A stretch of 64,000 nucleotides of DNA from an uncultured Acidobacteriota bacterium. GTDB lineage: Bacteria > Acidobacteriota > Thermoanaerobaculia > Gp7-AA8. Of the stretch, positions 46,754 through 56,203 are shown piece by piece. Location of the stretch: assembly GCA_963822445.1 (NCBI GenBank), contig CAWGHO010000002.1:544001-608000 (forward strand). Reading direction: 5' to 3'. Under the pieces are notes generated by a model. That model did not search any database. It was not told where the DNA came from and was given only the letters and a program-made list of their open reading frames with translations. Position 1 is the stretch's first letter. Each line of letters opens with the position of its first letter. A program made the translations under genes and the position numbers.

Positions 46754-48463
46754 ATGTCCTGGACGAGACGCCAATTTCTGGAGATGGTCGGCATGCTCGG
46801 TGGCTCGGTCGCCGTCCACGAAGTGATGACGGCGATGGGCTGGATGAAGATGCAGGCCTGGGAAGGGCCGGTGAAGCTCGAGGCCGGTTCGGGACGAGGC
46901 AAGAAGGTACTGATCCTCGGCGCCGGCATCGGCGGACTGACCACCGCCTTCGAGCTGCGCAACGCCGGCTACGAAGTGCTGATCCTCGAGCCGCAGCAAC
47001 GGGCCGGCGGGCGCAGTCTCACGGCGCGCCGCGGGACCGTCGTGACCGAGGAGAGCGATGAGCATGGCGTGACCCACCAGACCTGCGACTTCGACGAAGG
47101 TCTGTACCTGAACATGGGCCCGGGACGCCTCCCCTTCCACCACCGCCGCGTCCTCCACTACTGCCACATCCTCGGCGTCCCGCTCGAGGTCTACAACATG
47201 ACCACGACCGCGAACCTGTGGGAGCGGCGCGACGCCTTCGCCGGCAACGCGGTCGTGCGCCGCCAGCTGCAGACCGACGCCCAGGGCTACATCGCCGAGA
47301 TGATGGCCAAGGAAGTCTGCAAGGGATCGCTGAACAAGGAACTGACGCCGCAGGAACGCACGTGGCTGCTCGATCTGCTCGTCACGTTCGGCGATCTGAA
47401 CGCGACCGGTTCGACGTGCGTGCTGCACGGCGATGAGAAGGAAAAGTGCGGCGATCCGGCGTCGTACAAATATTGCGGATCGACGCGGTCCGGTTGCGCG
47501 CAACTCAACATCTTCGACACCTGCACCGCGCCGCAACCGGTGCCCCTGCGCACGCTGCTCCGTTCGCAGTTCTGGTCAGGCGCTTCGGGCTCGTTCTACC
47601 AGCCGCTCGAGTTCGAATGGCAACCGACGCTCTTCCAGCCTGTCGGCGGCATGGACATGATCTGGAAGGGATTCCTGCGCCAGGTCGGGACGCTGATCGC
47701 GTATCGCTCCGAGGTCACGGGATTGAAGCTGTTCGATGACGCGGTGGAAGTCGAGTACCTGAATCAGTTCACCGGACAGAAGTCCGTGCTGCGCGCCGAC
47801 TACTGCATCAGCAACATTCCTCTGCCGATCCTTCAGAAGATCCCCGCGAACTTCGAACAGGAGTTCGCGGAGGCCGTGGCCGTGGCGAAGTTCGACGCGA
47901 CGTGCAAGGTCGGATGGCAGGCCAACGCGCGGTTCTGGGAGAACGACACGAATCAGATCTACGGCGGCATCAGCTACATCGAGGCGCCGATCACGCAGAT
48001 CTGGTATCCGTCGTATCAGTACTTCGAGCCGAAGGGCACGCTCACCGGCGCGTACAACTATCCGCCACAGGCCAACGCCTTCGGCGCGCTGCCGCTGAAG
48101 GAGCGGCTGCGTCATGCGCGGGAACAGGCCGCGATGCTGCACCCCGAGTTCAATGACCGGGCGATCGTCCCCGAGGAGAAGGGGTTGTCGATCGCGTGGC
48201 ACAACATCCCCTACCAGCGCGGCGGCTGGGCGAACTGGAAAGCGGAGTCGGCGGATCACGCGGATGGATACGAGCGGCTGCTCGCGCCCGATCGGCGTTT
48301 CCACATCGTCGGCGATCAGGTCTCGACGCTGCCCGGCTGGCAGGAGGGGGCGATGATGTCGGCCGAGCACGTGGTCGAGCAGATCGCCGGGATCCGTCCG
48401 ATGACGGTGCCGGACATCAAGCGCGCGCCGAGCACGAGGAAGATGATTCTCGGAGTAACCTAG
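46754..48463 (+). CDS. Tat-signal flavin monoamine oxidase / L-amino acid oxidase family protein
   Basis: TRRQFL twin-arginine, ILGAGIGGL, RAGGR, NMGPGRLP, FQPVGGMD, VGDQVS..WQEGA. Confidence 0.9.
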   Translation: MSWTRRQFLEMVGMLGGSVAVHEVMTAMGWMKMQAWEGPVKLEAGSGRGKKVLILGAGIGGLTTAFELRNAGYEVLILEPQQRAGGRSLTARRGTVVTEESDEHGVTHQTCDFDEGLYLNMGPGRLPFHHRRVLHYCHILGVPLEVYNMTTTANLWERRDAFAGNAVVRRQLQTDAQGYIAEMMAKEVCKGSLNKELTPQERTWLLDLLVTFGDLNATGSTCVLHGDEKEKCGDPASYKYCGSTRSGCAQLNIFDTCTAPQPVPLRTLLRSQFWSGASGSFYQPLEFEWQPTLFQPVGGMDMIWKGFLRQVGTLIAYRSEVTGLKLFDDAVEVEYLNQFTGQKSVLRADYCISNIPLPILQKIPANFEQEFAEAVAVAKFDATCKVGWQANARFWENDTNQIYGGISYIEAPITQIWYPSYQYFEPKGTLTGAYNYPPQANAFGALPLKERLRHAREQAAMLHPEFNDRAIVPEEKGLSIAWHNIPYQRGGWANWKAESADHADGYERLLAPDRRFHIVGDQVSTLPGWQEGAMMSAEHVVEQIAGIRPMTVPDIKRAPSTRKMILGVT

Positions 48464-48550
48464 CCGGGCCGGCACGGCCGGCAGCGCTGGTTGCTGCGCC
48501 ACGGGCCACATGATCGCCCTGGCCGCGAGCGGTGCGAGATCGAAGGCGAC

Positions 48551-49180
48551 ATGAAGATCGGAATCATCGGCGCGGGACACATCGGCGGAACGACGGCGCG
48601 GCTGTTCATCGACGCCGGCCACGAGGTCGCGATCAGCAACTCGCGCGGCCCGGAAACACTCCGCGATCTGATCACCGAGCTCGGACCGAATGCGCGCGCG
48701 GTCACGGCTTCCGAGGCCGCGCGGTTTGGGGACGTCGTGCTGGTGGCGATTCCGCTGAAGGACTACAAGACCCTGCCCGTCGATGAGCTGAACGGAAAGA
48801 TCGTCATCGACGCGATGAACTACTACCCAAACCGCGACGGTCACTACGCGGAGCTCGACACCGCCGTATCCACGTCGAGCGAGATGCTCGCCGCGCACCT
48901 GCCCGGTGCGCGCGTGGTGAAGGCGTTCAACACGATCTGGTTCGAGCACCTGAAGACCAAGGGCAACAAGACCACGTTCGCCGACCAGCGCCGGGCGATC
49001 TTCGTCTCCGGCGATGATGCCGAGGCCAAGGCGGTGGTGTCGAAGCTGATCGAGGAGATCGGTTTCGGACCGTACGACATGGGATCGCTCGCCGACAGCG
49101 GCGAGCAGCAGCCGGACAGCGCGGTCTACAACAAAGACGTGACCGTCGCGGAAGCGCGCGCTCTCGCACCTCGCTCGTGA
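48551..49180 (+). CDS. NADPH-dependent F420 reductase-like oxidoreductase
   Basis: IGIIGAGHIG, NSRGPETL, IDAMNYYP, VVKAFNTI. Confidence 0.9.
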   Translation: MKIGIIGAGHIGGTTARLFIDAGHEVAISNSRGPETLRDLITELGPNARAVTASEAARFGDVVLVAIPLKDYKTLPVDELNGKIVIDAMNYYPNRDGHYAELDTAVSTSSEMLAAHLPGARVVKAFNTIWFEHLKTKGNKTTFADQRRAIFVSGDDAEAKAVVSKLIEEIGFGPYDMGSLADSGEQQPDSAVYNKDVTVAEARALAPRS

Positions 49181-49770
49181 ACTTCAGCCGCATCGTCGCC
49201 GCGCTGCTGTCGATCGCGAAGAACGGCGTGCCCGCCCTCGGCATACTCCTACGCGACTGGGCAGCACCGAGCGCACTCCTCCTCTACCTCGGCGAAAACA
49301 TCGTCCTGGCGCTGCTCGGTGCGCTGACCGTTCTGCTGGTCGCGCCGAAATCCGAAGTGATCGAGGGAAAGCTCAAATCGCGCCGTGAATCGCTGCAGAC
49401 GTTCTTTCTCATCGCCGCGCCGTTTACCTTCGGCGCAGCGGTGATCACGCTGGCGGTCATCGTGATTCGCACGGAGTACGCGATCGACGCGCGCGAGCTC
49501 GCGACCGGCTTCGCGCTGATGCTTCTCTTCCAGGCGATCGGATTCTTCGTCGGCCTTCGCCAGATGCGCGGCATCACCCTCGCCGATTCCGAGAACATGC
49601 TCGTCAGCATCCTCGGCCGCATCTTTCTGCTCGCGCTCGCGGTGTGGATCGGTCTGATCCTCGCGTTCTTCGTATCCAGCGCGTTCGTGATTCCGTTCAT
49701 GATCCTGAAGACGATCGTCGACCTCGGGAGTCTGCGATCGGACGCGATCAAGCGCCGCTTAGCGCAATGA
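49177..49770 (+). CDS. Hypothetical multi-pass membrane protein
   Basis: About 6 hydrophobic segments; GTGA overlap with the upstream gene. Confidence 0.7.
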   Translation: MNFSRIVAALLSIAKNGVPALGILLRDWAAPSALLLYLGENIVLALLGALTVLLVAPKSEVIEGKLKSRRESLQTFFLIAAPFTFGAAVITLAVIVIRTEYAIDARELATGFALMLLFQAIGFFVGLRQMRGITLADSENMLVSILGRIFLLALAVWIGLILAFFVSSAFVIPFMILKTIVDLGSLRSDAIKRRLAQ

Positions 49771-49870
49771 CCGCGTGAGCGATCCGCTGGTCCCGAGGGA
49801 GATGAGAGCCAGACCTCAAGACCCGCCAGTAACCCGACACAAAATGGATTCGACGCGAAGAATCTGTCGG

Positions 49871-49899
49871 TTGGCAATCTGTGCGTGGCCTCTTACGAT
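49871..49899 (+). promoter_or_regulatory. Sigma70-like promoter of the islet ORF
   Basis: TTGGCA-N17-TACGAT, then GGAGG and ATG 49921. Confidence 0.55.
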
Positions 49900-49920
49900 C
49901 GCCTCTCCTACATGGAGGTC

Positions 49921-50601
49921 ATGATGAACGAAGAAGAAGATCTCGAGGTAGATGCCGCCATCGAGGCGGAAATCGACGAGTACCAACGGAAACAACGTCC
50001 GTCGCTCAGACAGAGCCTGCAAGCCGAGTACACGCTGCGAGAGATGCAACGCGTGGTTGTGGAGCTATCGACATGGCGTATCGAGCAGCTGCTTAAAGAC
50101 GCTGATGCCGGCCGCCATCTCCAGCGACTACAAGATGAAGGCTGCGATCGTCAGCACCTGCTCTACCTTTTGGCTATGGTTGAAAAGAATGAGCTCCCCG
50201 AACGGTGGCTTGGTCTCAAGAGTCGTAGCGAGTTGAAGACCGCCATGAAGAAGGTCGCGGACGCGATGCACGTCATCCGAACCGTTCAGCCTAGCATTTG
50301 GCTTTGCCGTACTCTTGCCCGCGACTGGGCTTGGTTTGCGATGTTTCCAATGCTGGAGACACTCCTTCAGAGTTATCTCTCTTTTCTCGCTCTGTTTGGC
50401 GACTCCAAGGAAGCCATACCGGATGTTTCGCGCGAGTTTATCGTCGCTCACGTTGTCAATCGTACTGGAACTGCGTTCGACCATCAGGTAGCGGCGTTAA
50501 TTGCTGCTCTGCCCGGCCATGGCGGCTATTCGACCGAAGCGCATGCTAAGTGGCGCAGCCGAAGCACGTTCTTGAGGTCTGGCGCCTCTTGGCCGACCTA
50601 G
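49921..50601 (+). CDS. Hypothetical protein (islet cargo)
   Basis: Has promoter and RBS, 226 aa, atypical A/T-ending codons; no family recognised. Confidence 0.65.
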   Translation: MMNEEEDLEVDAAIEAEIDEYQRKQRPSLRQSLQAEYTLREMQRVVVELSTWRIEQLLKDADAGRHLQRLQDEGCDRQHLLYLLAMVEKNELPERWLGLKSRSELKTAMKKVADAMHVIRTVQPSIWLCRTLARDWAWFAMFPMLETLLQSYLSFLALFGDSKEAIPDVSREFIVAHVVNRTGTAFDHQVAALIAALPGHGGYSTEAHAKWRSRSTFLRSGASWPT

Positions 50602-50658
50602 GACGGCACCAACTACGGGGGGCGTCCGATGGGAGGAATGGACATTGGAGGTTATCGC

Positions 50659-51513
50659 TTAGCGCAATGACCCCGTGAGCGATCCGCTCGTCCCCTCAGG
50701 AGCGCGAACGAACGAACCGTTCGCGAAGACGATGTCTTCGCTGACGTTTGTGTTCGCAACGAATTCCGTACCGTATTCGGACAACGGCCGATCGAGCGAT
50801 CCGTCCTTGCCGGCGCTGGCGACGTAATAACCTGCGCACGACGGGGTGCACTGCGCGGGCTCATAGAAATACGGGGTTCCCCATCCATCAACGCGCGGCA
50901 ACGATTTCGAGTACGTCGGCTCCAGGAACGGAACGAGCTCGTCGATCGTCCGAACCGCCGGATAAGCATTGTGATCGGTGGCATACGCCTCGACAGCTAC
51001 GGCGATGGTCCGGATGTCCGCCATCGAACGCTTCTGTTTCGACCGCTGCATCGCCGTCAGCAGATTCGGGATCGCGATCGCGGCGATGATGCCCGGGATG
51101 TAGAGCACGAGCATCACCAGGGCCATGATTCCGGCGAACTTCCAGAACGACTTCTGCTCGCGCAAAGCACGCTCGACAGCTGCCGACTTGGATGGCGCGT
51201 CCGCAGCGTCCGCGATCGCGCTTGCATACCGGTACAGATATCGCGACGGGAAGATATAGAGGATGGACATCAGCAGGTACAACGCGCCCATGCCGACGAG
51301 AAAACCTCCTTGTCCGTTACCCGTCACCATCTGGTAGCCGCCGAAGCCGGCCATGCCGAGGGCAACGAGCACCATCAGGCCGGCACACACGAAGCCCAGG
51401 ATGGAAAGAAACCGCACCCATGGCCTGGTCGCCTCGAGGGCGTCGACCATACCGGCGGTCAAGACATCGAGGGGCTGAGCGGGCGAAGCCGGGGAAACCG
51501 GAATTTCGGTCAC
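50659..51513 (-). CDS. DUF5362-like membrane domain fused to a GspG/pseudopilin-like domain
   Basis: TRPWVRFLSILGF..LYRYASAI..QKSFWKFAGI, then AAIAIPNLLTAMQRSKQKRSMADIRTI..DGWGTPY..SAGKDG. Confidence 0.75.
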   Translation of the reverse strand: MTEIPVSPASPAQPLDVLTAGMVDALEATRPWVRFLSILGFVCAGLMVLVALGMAGFGGYQMVTGNGQGGFLVGMGALYLLMSILYIFPSRYLYRYASAIADAADAPSKSAAVERALREQKSFWKFAGIMALVMLVLYIPGIIAAIAIPNLLTAMQRSKQKRSMADIRTIAVAVEAYATDHNAYPAVRTIDELVPFLEPTYSKSLPRVDGWGTPYFYEPAQCTPSCAGYYVASAGKDGSLDRPLSEYGTEFVANTNVSEDIVFANGSFVRAPEGTSGSLTGSLR

Positions 51514-51594
51514 GCGAAGTCCTCCCTGGAAACGAGTTGGATTTCCACGATGTTAGCAGGTGGTTCCCGACGTCCGCGGGCATAATTCGCGGCC

Positions 51595-53641
51595 ATGAAA
51601 CTCACCCGCCTCCTCTCCGCGATCCTCTTCGCGTCCCTTTCGCTGTTCGCCTTCGCCGCCGATGCGCCGTCCGTCGCAAAACGCTACGGCACCTGGGGCG
51701 TCGATCTCGAAGGGATGGACAAGACCGTCAAGCCCGGCGACGACTTCTTCCGCTACGTCAACGGCAAGTGGGCCGCGACGACGCAGATCCCGCCGGACAA
51801 AACGTCATTCGGCGCATTCACCGGGCTGCGCGACATTTCCGAGGAGCGGGTGCGCGTGATTCTCGACCGCTGGGCCGCGGACAAGAATCTGAAGGCCGGC
51901 TCGGACGAGGCCAAGGTCGCGGCGATCTACCGCACCTTCCTGGATGAAGCCGCGGTGGAGAAGCTCGACGCGAAGCCGATCGAGCCGCAGCTCGAAGCGC
52001 TGAAGAAGGCGGAGACCCGCGACGACATCGCGAAACTGATGGCTCGCACGACCTCGAGCTTCGGCCGCGCGCTGTTCAACGCCGGCGTTTCCGACGATTC
52101 CAAGAATCCGGAAAAGTACGCGCTGTATCTGTCGCAGTCCGGGATCGGCCTGGCCGATCGTGAGTTCTATCTGCGCGAGAACTTCAAGCCGCAGAAGGAG
52201 CGCTATCAGAAGTACGTCGCGGACATGCTCCGCCTCGCGGGTTGGGAAGAGCCGGACAAGAACGCGGCGGACATCGTGGCCATGGAAACGGCGATCGCCG
52301 AGGGGATGTGGACGCGGGCCGAGGGACGCAATCGCGACAAGACGTACAACCCGATGACCGTCGCCGATCTCGAGAAGAACGCGCCCGGATTTCCGTGGAC
52401 GGTGTTCTTCAAGGAAGCGGGCATCGACAAAGCCGATCGCGCGGTCGTCAGACAGAACACGGCCTTCCCCAAGCTCGCGAAGATCTACGCCGACACACCC
52501 GTGGCCACGCTGCGGGCCTGGCAGGCGTTCCATGTCATCGACGACGCGGCGCCGCTTCTCTCCAAGCGCTTCGCCGAGGCGAACTGGGAGTTCCGCTCGA
52601 AGTTCCTGCGCGGACAGCAGGAAGAACGACCGCGCTGGAAACGCGCCGTCGAAGCCGCGGAGGGCACGATGGGCGAAGCCATCGGCCGCACGTACGTCGC
52701 CGAGCATTTCCCGCCGGACTCGAAGATGAAGATGGAGAAGCTCGTCGCCGACCTGCGGGCAGCGATGAAGGGACGCATCGAGAAACTGGAGTGGATGGGT
52801 CCGGAGACGAAGGCCCGCGCGCTGGACAAGCTGGCGAAGTTCGGCGTGAAGATCGGCTATCCGACGAAGTGGCGCGACTACTCGAAGCTCGAAGTCCGGG
52901 AAGGCGATCTGGTCGGCAACGCTCAGCGGGCCGCGAAGTTCGAGTGGGACTACGACGTGGCCCGCATCGGCAAGTCCGTCGATGAAGCCGAATGGGGCAT
53001 GACCCCGCAGACAGTCAACGCCTACTACTCGTCGGCGAAGAACGAGATCGTGTTCCCCGCGGCGATTCTGCAGCCGCCGTTCTTCGATCCGAAGGCCGAC
53101 CCGGCCGTGAATTACGGCGCGCATCGGCGCGGTGATCGGCCACGAGATCACGCACGGCTTCGACGACCAGGGCCGCAAGTCCGACGGCACGGGCATGCTG
53201 CGCGACTGGTGGGCGGCGACGGACGCGGCGAAGTTCGAAGCGCAGGCGGCGAAGCTCGGCGCGCAGTACGAAGCCCTCGCGCTGCCGCAGGCGAAGGACC
53301 TCAAGATCATCGGCAAGCAGACCATGGGCGAGAACATCGGCGACCTCGGCGGCATCCTGATGGCCCTCGATGCCTACCGGATCTCGCTGAATGGCAAACC
53401 CGCGCCGGTCCTCGACGGATTCACCGGCGACCAGCGCGTCTTCCTCGGCTGGGCCCAGGTCTGGCGGACGATGATGCGCGACGACGCGCTCCGCCAGTAC
53501 GTCATGACCGACTCCCACTCCCCCGGCATGGTCCGCGCCTTCGCCCCGCTCCGAAACGTCGACGCCTGGTACGAGGCCTTCGAGGTGAAGGAAGGGGACG
53601 CGAATTACGTGAAGCCGGAGGAGCGGGTGAGGATCTGGTAG
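51595..53641 (+). CDS. M13 family metallo-endopeptidase (PepO/neprilysin-like); one +1 frameshift near 53120
   Basis: PGDDFFRYVNG, KIGYP, VNAYY, NEIVFPAAILQPPFF; HEITH and ENIGD in the second frame. Confidence 0.92.
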
Positions 53642-54010
53642 TCAGGCAACGGCAAACGCCAGGCGAAGGTCGCTCGCGACCTCGCCCAGGCGTTTGTCGG
53701 CCGTCCAGAGAAGGCCGCTGTCGGTCAGCGTCACCGCAGCGAGCAGATGAGCGTCGATGTAGCCGATCCCTTTTCCCATCAGCCGTCTCTCTTCGATGAA
53801 GAGCAGGGTTTCCCGGTCATCGGCAACGAGAGTGGATGGGAGAGCGCTCAGGAGGTCCAGCACTTCCCGGCGATTCTTCAACTGACCGCAGGCGAGCTCG
53901 CCGATGATGAAGGGATGGGTGAGGACGTCCTCGCGCTCGAGGGCATCCACGAGTGTCGGATTCGCGCGATGGAAGTGGTCGATCCACACCGACGTATCGA
54001 CCAGAATCAC
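53642..54010 (-). CDS. vapC: VapC PIN-domain toxin
   Basis: ILVDTSVWIDH, GELACG, GYIDAHLL, LWTADKRL. Confidence 0.92.
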   Translation of the reverse strand: MILVDTSVWIDHFHRANPTLVDALEREDVLTHPFIIGELACGQLKNRREVLDLLSALPSTLVADDRETLLFIEERRLMGKGIGYIDAHLLAAVTLTDSGLLWTADKRLGEVASDLRLAFAVA

Positions 54011-54198
54011 GACGAGCGCCGGCTCCTCGGCGCCCTGGCCCGCGGATCAGTGCCGCCCAGACGCGCCAGCCTCTTCGCGCTCTCTCTCGCGATCAAGGCC
54101 CTCAGTCCATCGTGAATGAGAGCCGTCCGCTCCTGAGTTCCGGTGACGCGACGAGCCTGGTCGAGCAACTCCTCATCGAGATTCAGTGTGGTTCTCAT
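54007..54198 (-). CDS. vapB: VapB antitoxin
   Basis: MRTTLNLDEELL..RTALIHDGLRALI..RLARLGGT; overlaps vapC by 4 nt. Confidence 0.9.
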   Translation of the reverse strand: MRTTLNLDEELLDQARRVTGTQERTALIHDGLRALIARESAKRLARLGGTDPRARAPRSRRSS

Positions 54199-54199
54199 G

Positions 54200-54237
54200 T
54201 GCCTTCAGGATACATCAGGTGATGCATCCTGAAGGCA
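54200..54237. promoter_or_regulatory. Palindromic vapBC operator
   Basis: TGCCTTCAGGATACATCA-GG-TGATGCATCCTGAAGGCA (18-bp arms, 1 mismatch) directly upstream of vapB. Confidence 0.7.
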
Positions 54238-54252
54238 TCACTCACGCCACCC

Positions 54253-56097
54253 TCAATCGCTGGTCGCCCTCGCAATCTGCAACGTCGCGTCGCCGCTCGC
54301 GTTGTTGATGCTCACGCCGTAAGCGATGACGCTTCCGCTCTCCACGGTCATCACCACCGACTGATTCGCGCCGAGCGCGCCGCCGAGAAGGTCCTCGGCG
54401 GACGCCTGCGTGAAGTAGTTCGGCGCATAGGAATGGGTCGCGGTGCGCAGCACAGTGCCGTTGACGTCGTGGACGCGGAACGTGATCGTCGCCCCAGCGG
54501 CGAGCGTGCGGATGCCGATATTGAATCGCGTACTCGCAGGATTCGACGGGGCGATGAGCGTTCCGCGGGTGCCCGCGGTCAGCGCCTGGGCGGGATCGAT
54601 CTGCGGCACCTGCACGAGCGGCATCCCCTCCGCGGCGACGTCGACGATCGTCGTCACCGTGACCGGCGCCGACCCCACGGCCGCGACCACGTCGACGGAA
54701 CCACCTCCTGTCGCGGCGGCCGTCGCCAGGAAATCCGAATAGCTGCGCGTCTCGAACGGCGCAAGCGTGTACGCGACGGACGGATCGGCCGGCGTGCCGC
54801 TCGCTCCCTGCGGATGAACGACCAGACGCCCGGAGATCGCGAACGGGTGCGGATTACTGATCTGCATCGCCGTCCTGTACTGCGACCCATGCGCGCCCGG
54901 CAGCGAGGCGACGACGGGAATGATCGCCGTCGGCAACGCTGCGGGTATCGTCGCCGCGTTCACCCGCGTGATCAGACCGGGAAAAATGTGAGCGATGAAC
55001 AACTCGCCACTGCGCTGATCAACGGCGATGCTCGTCGGCGTCGGTAAACCGGAAGCGAGCGTGGTTGACGATCCATCGGAACCGACCAGGCGCGCGCGTC
55101 CCGGCTGCTGTTCGGTCATGTTCGTGCTGAACTCGAGCACCACCACGGAATCCGTTCCGCTGAGCGGCTGCACGTCGATCCCCGCGGTGAGGCCGGCGAT
55201 GTACGATTCATTCGCGCCAGTATTGACGTTCACCTTTCGCACTTCGGCGCGGCCCGGCGGGAAGGGGAAGCCGGTGAGCGTCGTGACCAGCAGATCGTTC
55301 CCGCGCAAGGTGATGCTGTCCGGAACGGCGTCGATGAACGGCGGTCCGAACGGCAGCGGGTTCTGCATCGGCGCGAACGTCGTCAGCGTCTCGAACGCCC
55401 CGCTCGTCGCATCGACGCGGCGGATGAGGTTCTGACTGGCGTCGACGACGAAGACGGTCTGGCCGAGGACTGCTACGCCGAATGGGTTGCCGGCCCGGAC
55501 GTTCTGGGGGAAATCGGGGCGCGGCGACGCGGTGAAGTTCGGGAAGTCGGCGACGAGCTTCACCGTCAGCTTCTGTCCGCTCGCATTCGTCAGTTCCACC
55601 GTCTCGCCGTTCTTCAGCCGCGCGTGATCAGAAGGCAGCAGCGCGAAGCCGCCGCTGACGAGGTCGAGCGGCGTCGTGGTCTGCAGCGCCAGCAGCGAGC
55701 TGAGGATCGGCGACGCGGGCGCCTCATTCGGCAGCTCGGTGCCGGGCGCTGGACCGGGAAGCACGCCATTGCCGGCGCCGATGACGACGTACAGGGTCGT
55801 ACCGCGCAACGCCGCACCGGCCGGCCCCGACGGCGCGGCCTCGGCGCCGCTTCCGCTGACGCCGGACGGCAGTCCTTCGATCAGCGTGCGCCGCGCGCCG
55901 CTCGTGCGATCGATGATGGAGACGCGGCCGGAGTTCGCGGCGGGCGTCCCCGATTCAGTGACGATCAGATTGCCGTGATTCGTGAAGATGATGCGCGTCG
56001 GGGCCTGCAGGCCCGCGGCAAATGGCGGGCCCTGCGAAAGCGCGGGCAATGCAGCGAGCGCCGTGAACAGACATGCGATGAGAACCTTGTTCTTCAT
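54253..56097 (-). CDS. ScyD/ScyE-family secreted beta-propeller protein with extra C-terminal domain
   Basis: Signal peptide; GNPFGV, VVDASQN, DAVPDSI, TLTGFPFPPG, VLEFS; C-terminal IIPVVASLPGAHGSQYRT..RFNIGIRT..AYGVSINNASGD. Confidence 0.85.
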   Translation of the reverse strand: MKNKVLIACLFTALAALPALSQGPPFAAGLQAPTRIIFTNHGNLIVTESGTPAANSGRVSIIDRTSGARRTLIEGLPSGVSGSGAEAAPSGPAGAALRGTTLYVVIGAGNGVLPGPAPGTELPNEAPASPILSSLLALQTTTPLDLVSGGFALLPSDHARLKNGETVELTNASGQKLTVKLVADFPNFTASPRPDFPQNVRAGNPFGVAVLGQTVFVVDASQNLIRRVDATSGAFETLTTFAPMQNPLPFGPPFIDAVPDSITLRGNDLLVTTLTGFPFPPGRAEVRKVNVNTGANESYIAGLTAGIDVQPLSGTDSVVVLEFSTNMTEQQPGRARLVGSDGSSTTLASGLPTPTSIAVDQRSGELFIAHIFPGLITRVNAATIPAALPTAIIPVVASLPGAHGSQYRTAMQISNPHPFAISGRLVVHPQGASGTPADPSVAYTLAPFETRSYSDFLATAAATGGGSVDVVAAVGSAPVTVTTIVDVAAEGMPLVQVPQIDPAQALTAGTRGTLIAPSNPASTRFNIGIRTLAAGATITFRVHDVNGTVLRTATHSYAPNYFTQASAEDLLGGALGANQSVVMTVESGSVIAYGVSINNASGDATLQIARATSD

Positions 56098-56203
56098 GAC
56101 CTCTCCTTCGGTTGATGGGATGCCCTCGCAATCTGCGCGGAAGGGCGCCGGAAGTCCTGAGAAAGGCGACTAGAATTTCAGAGATCTTCTTAGAGCGACC
56201 TTC

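Larger units (their letters stand above)
49756..50694. mobile_element. 900-bp inserted islet flanked by 39-bp direct repeats
   Basis: CGCTTAGCGCAATGACCSCGTGAGCGATCCGCTSGTCCC at 49756-49794 and 50656-50694 (37/39 identical); interior visibly more AT-rich; 14-bp inverted repeat at 49808-49821 / 50570-50583. Confidence 0.8.

Noticed and set aside
53110-53135. Possible programmed frameshift just before HEITH in the M13 peptidase
   Set aside because: A single extra base in GGCGCGCATC, no slippery motif; probable consensus error.
54253-56097. Scytonemin biosynthesis cluster
   Set aside because: A lone ScyD/ScyE-family gene; no scyA/B/C or tryptophan pathway genes.
56150-56200. YTNAGA-like repeats as binding sites for the wHTH regulator
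   Set aside because: Short, degenerate and irregularly spaced (8-12 nt); too weak to call.
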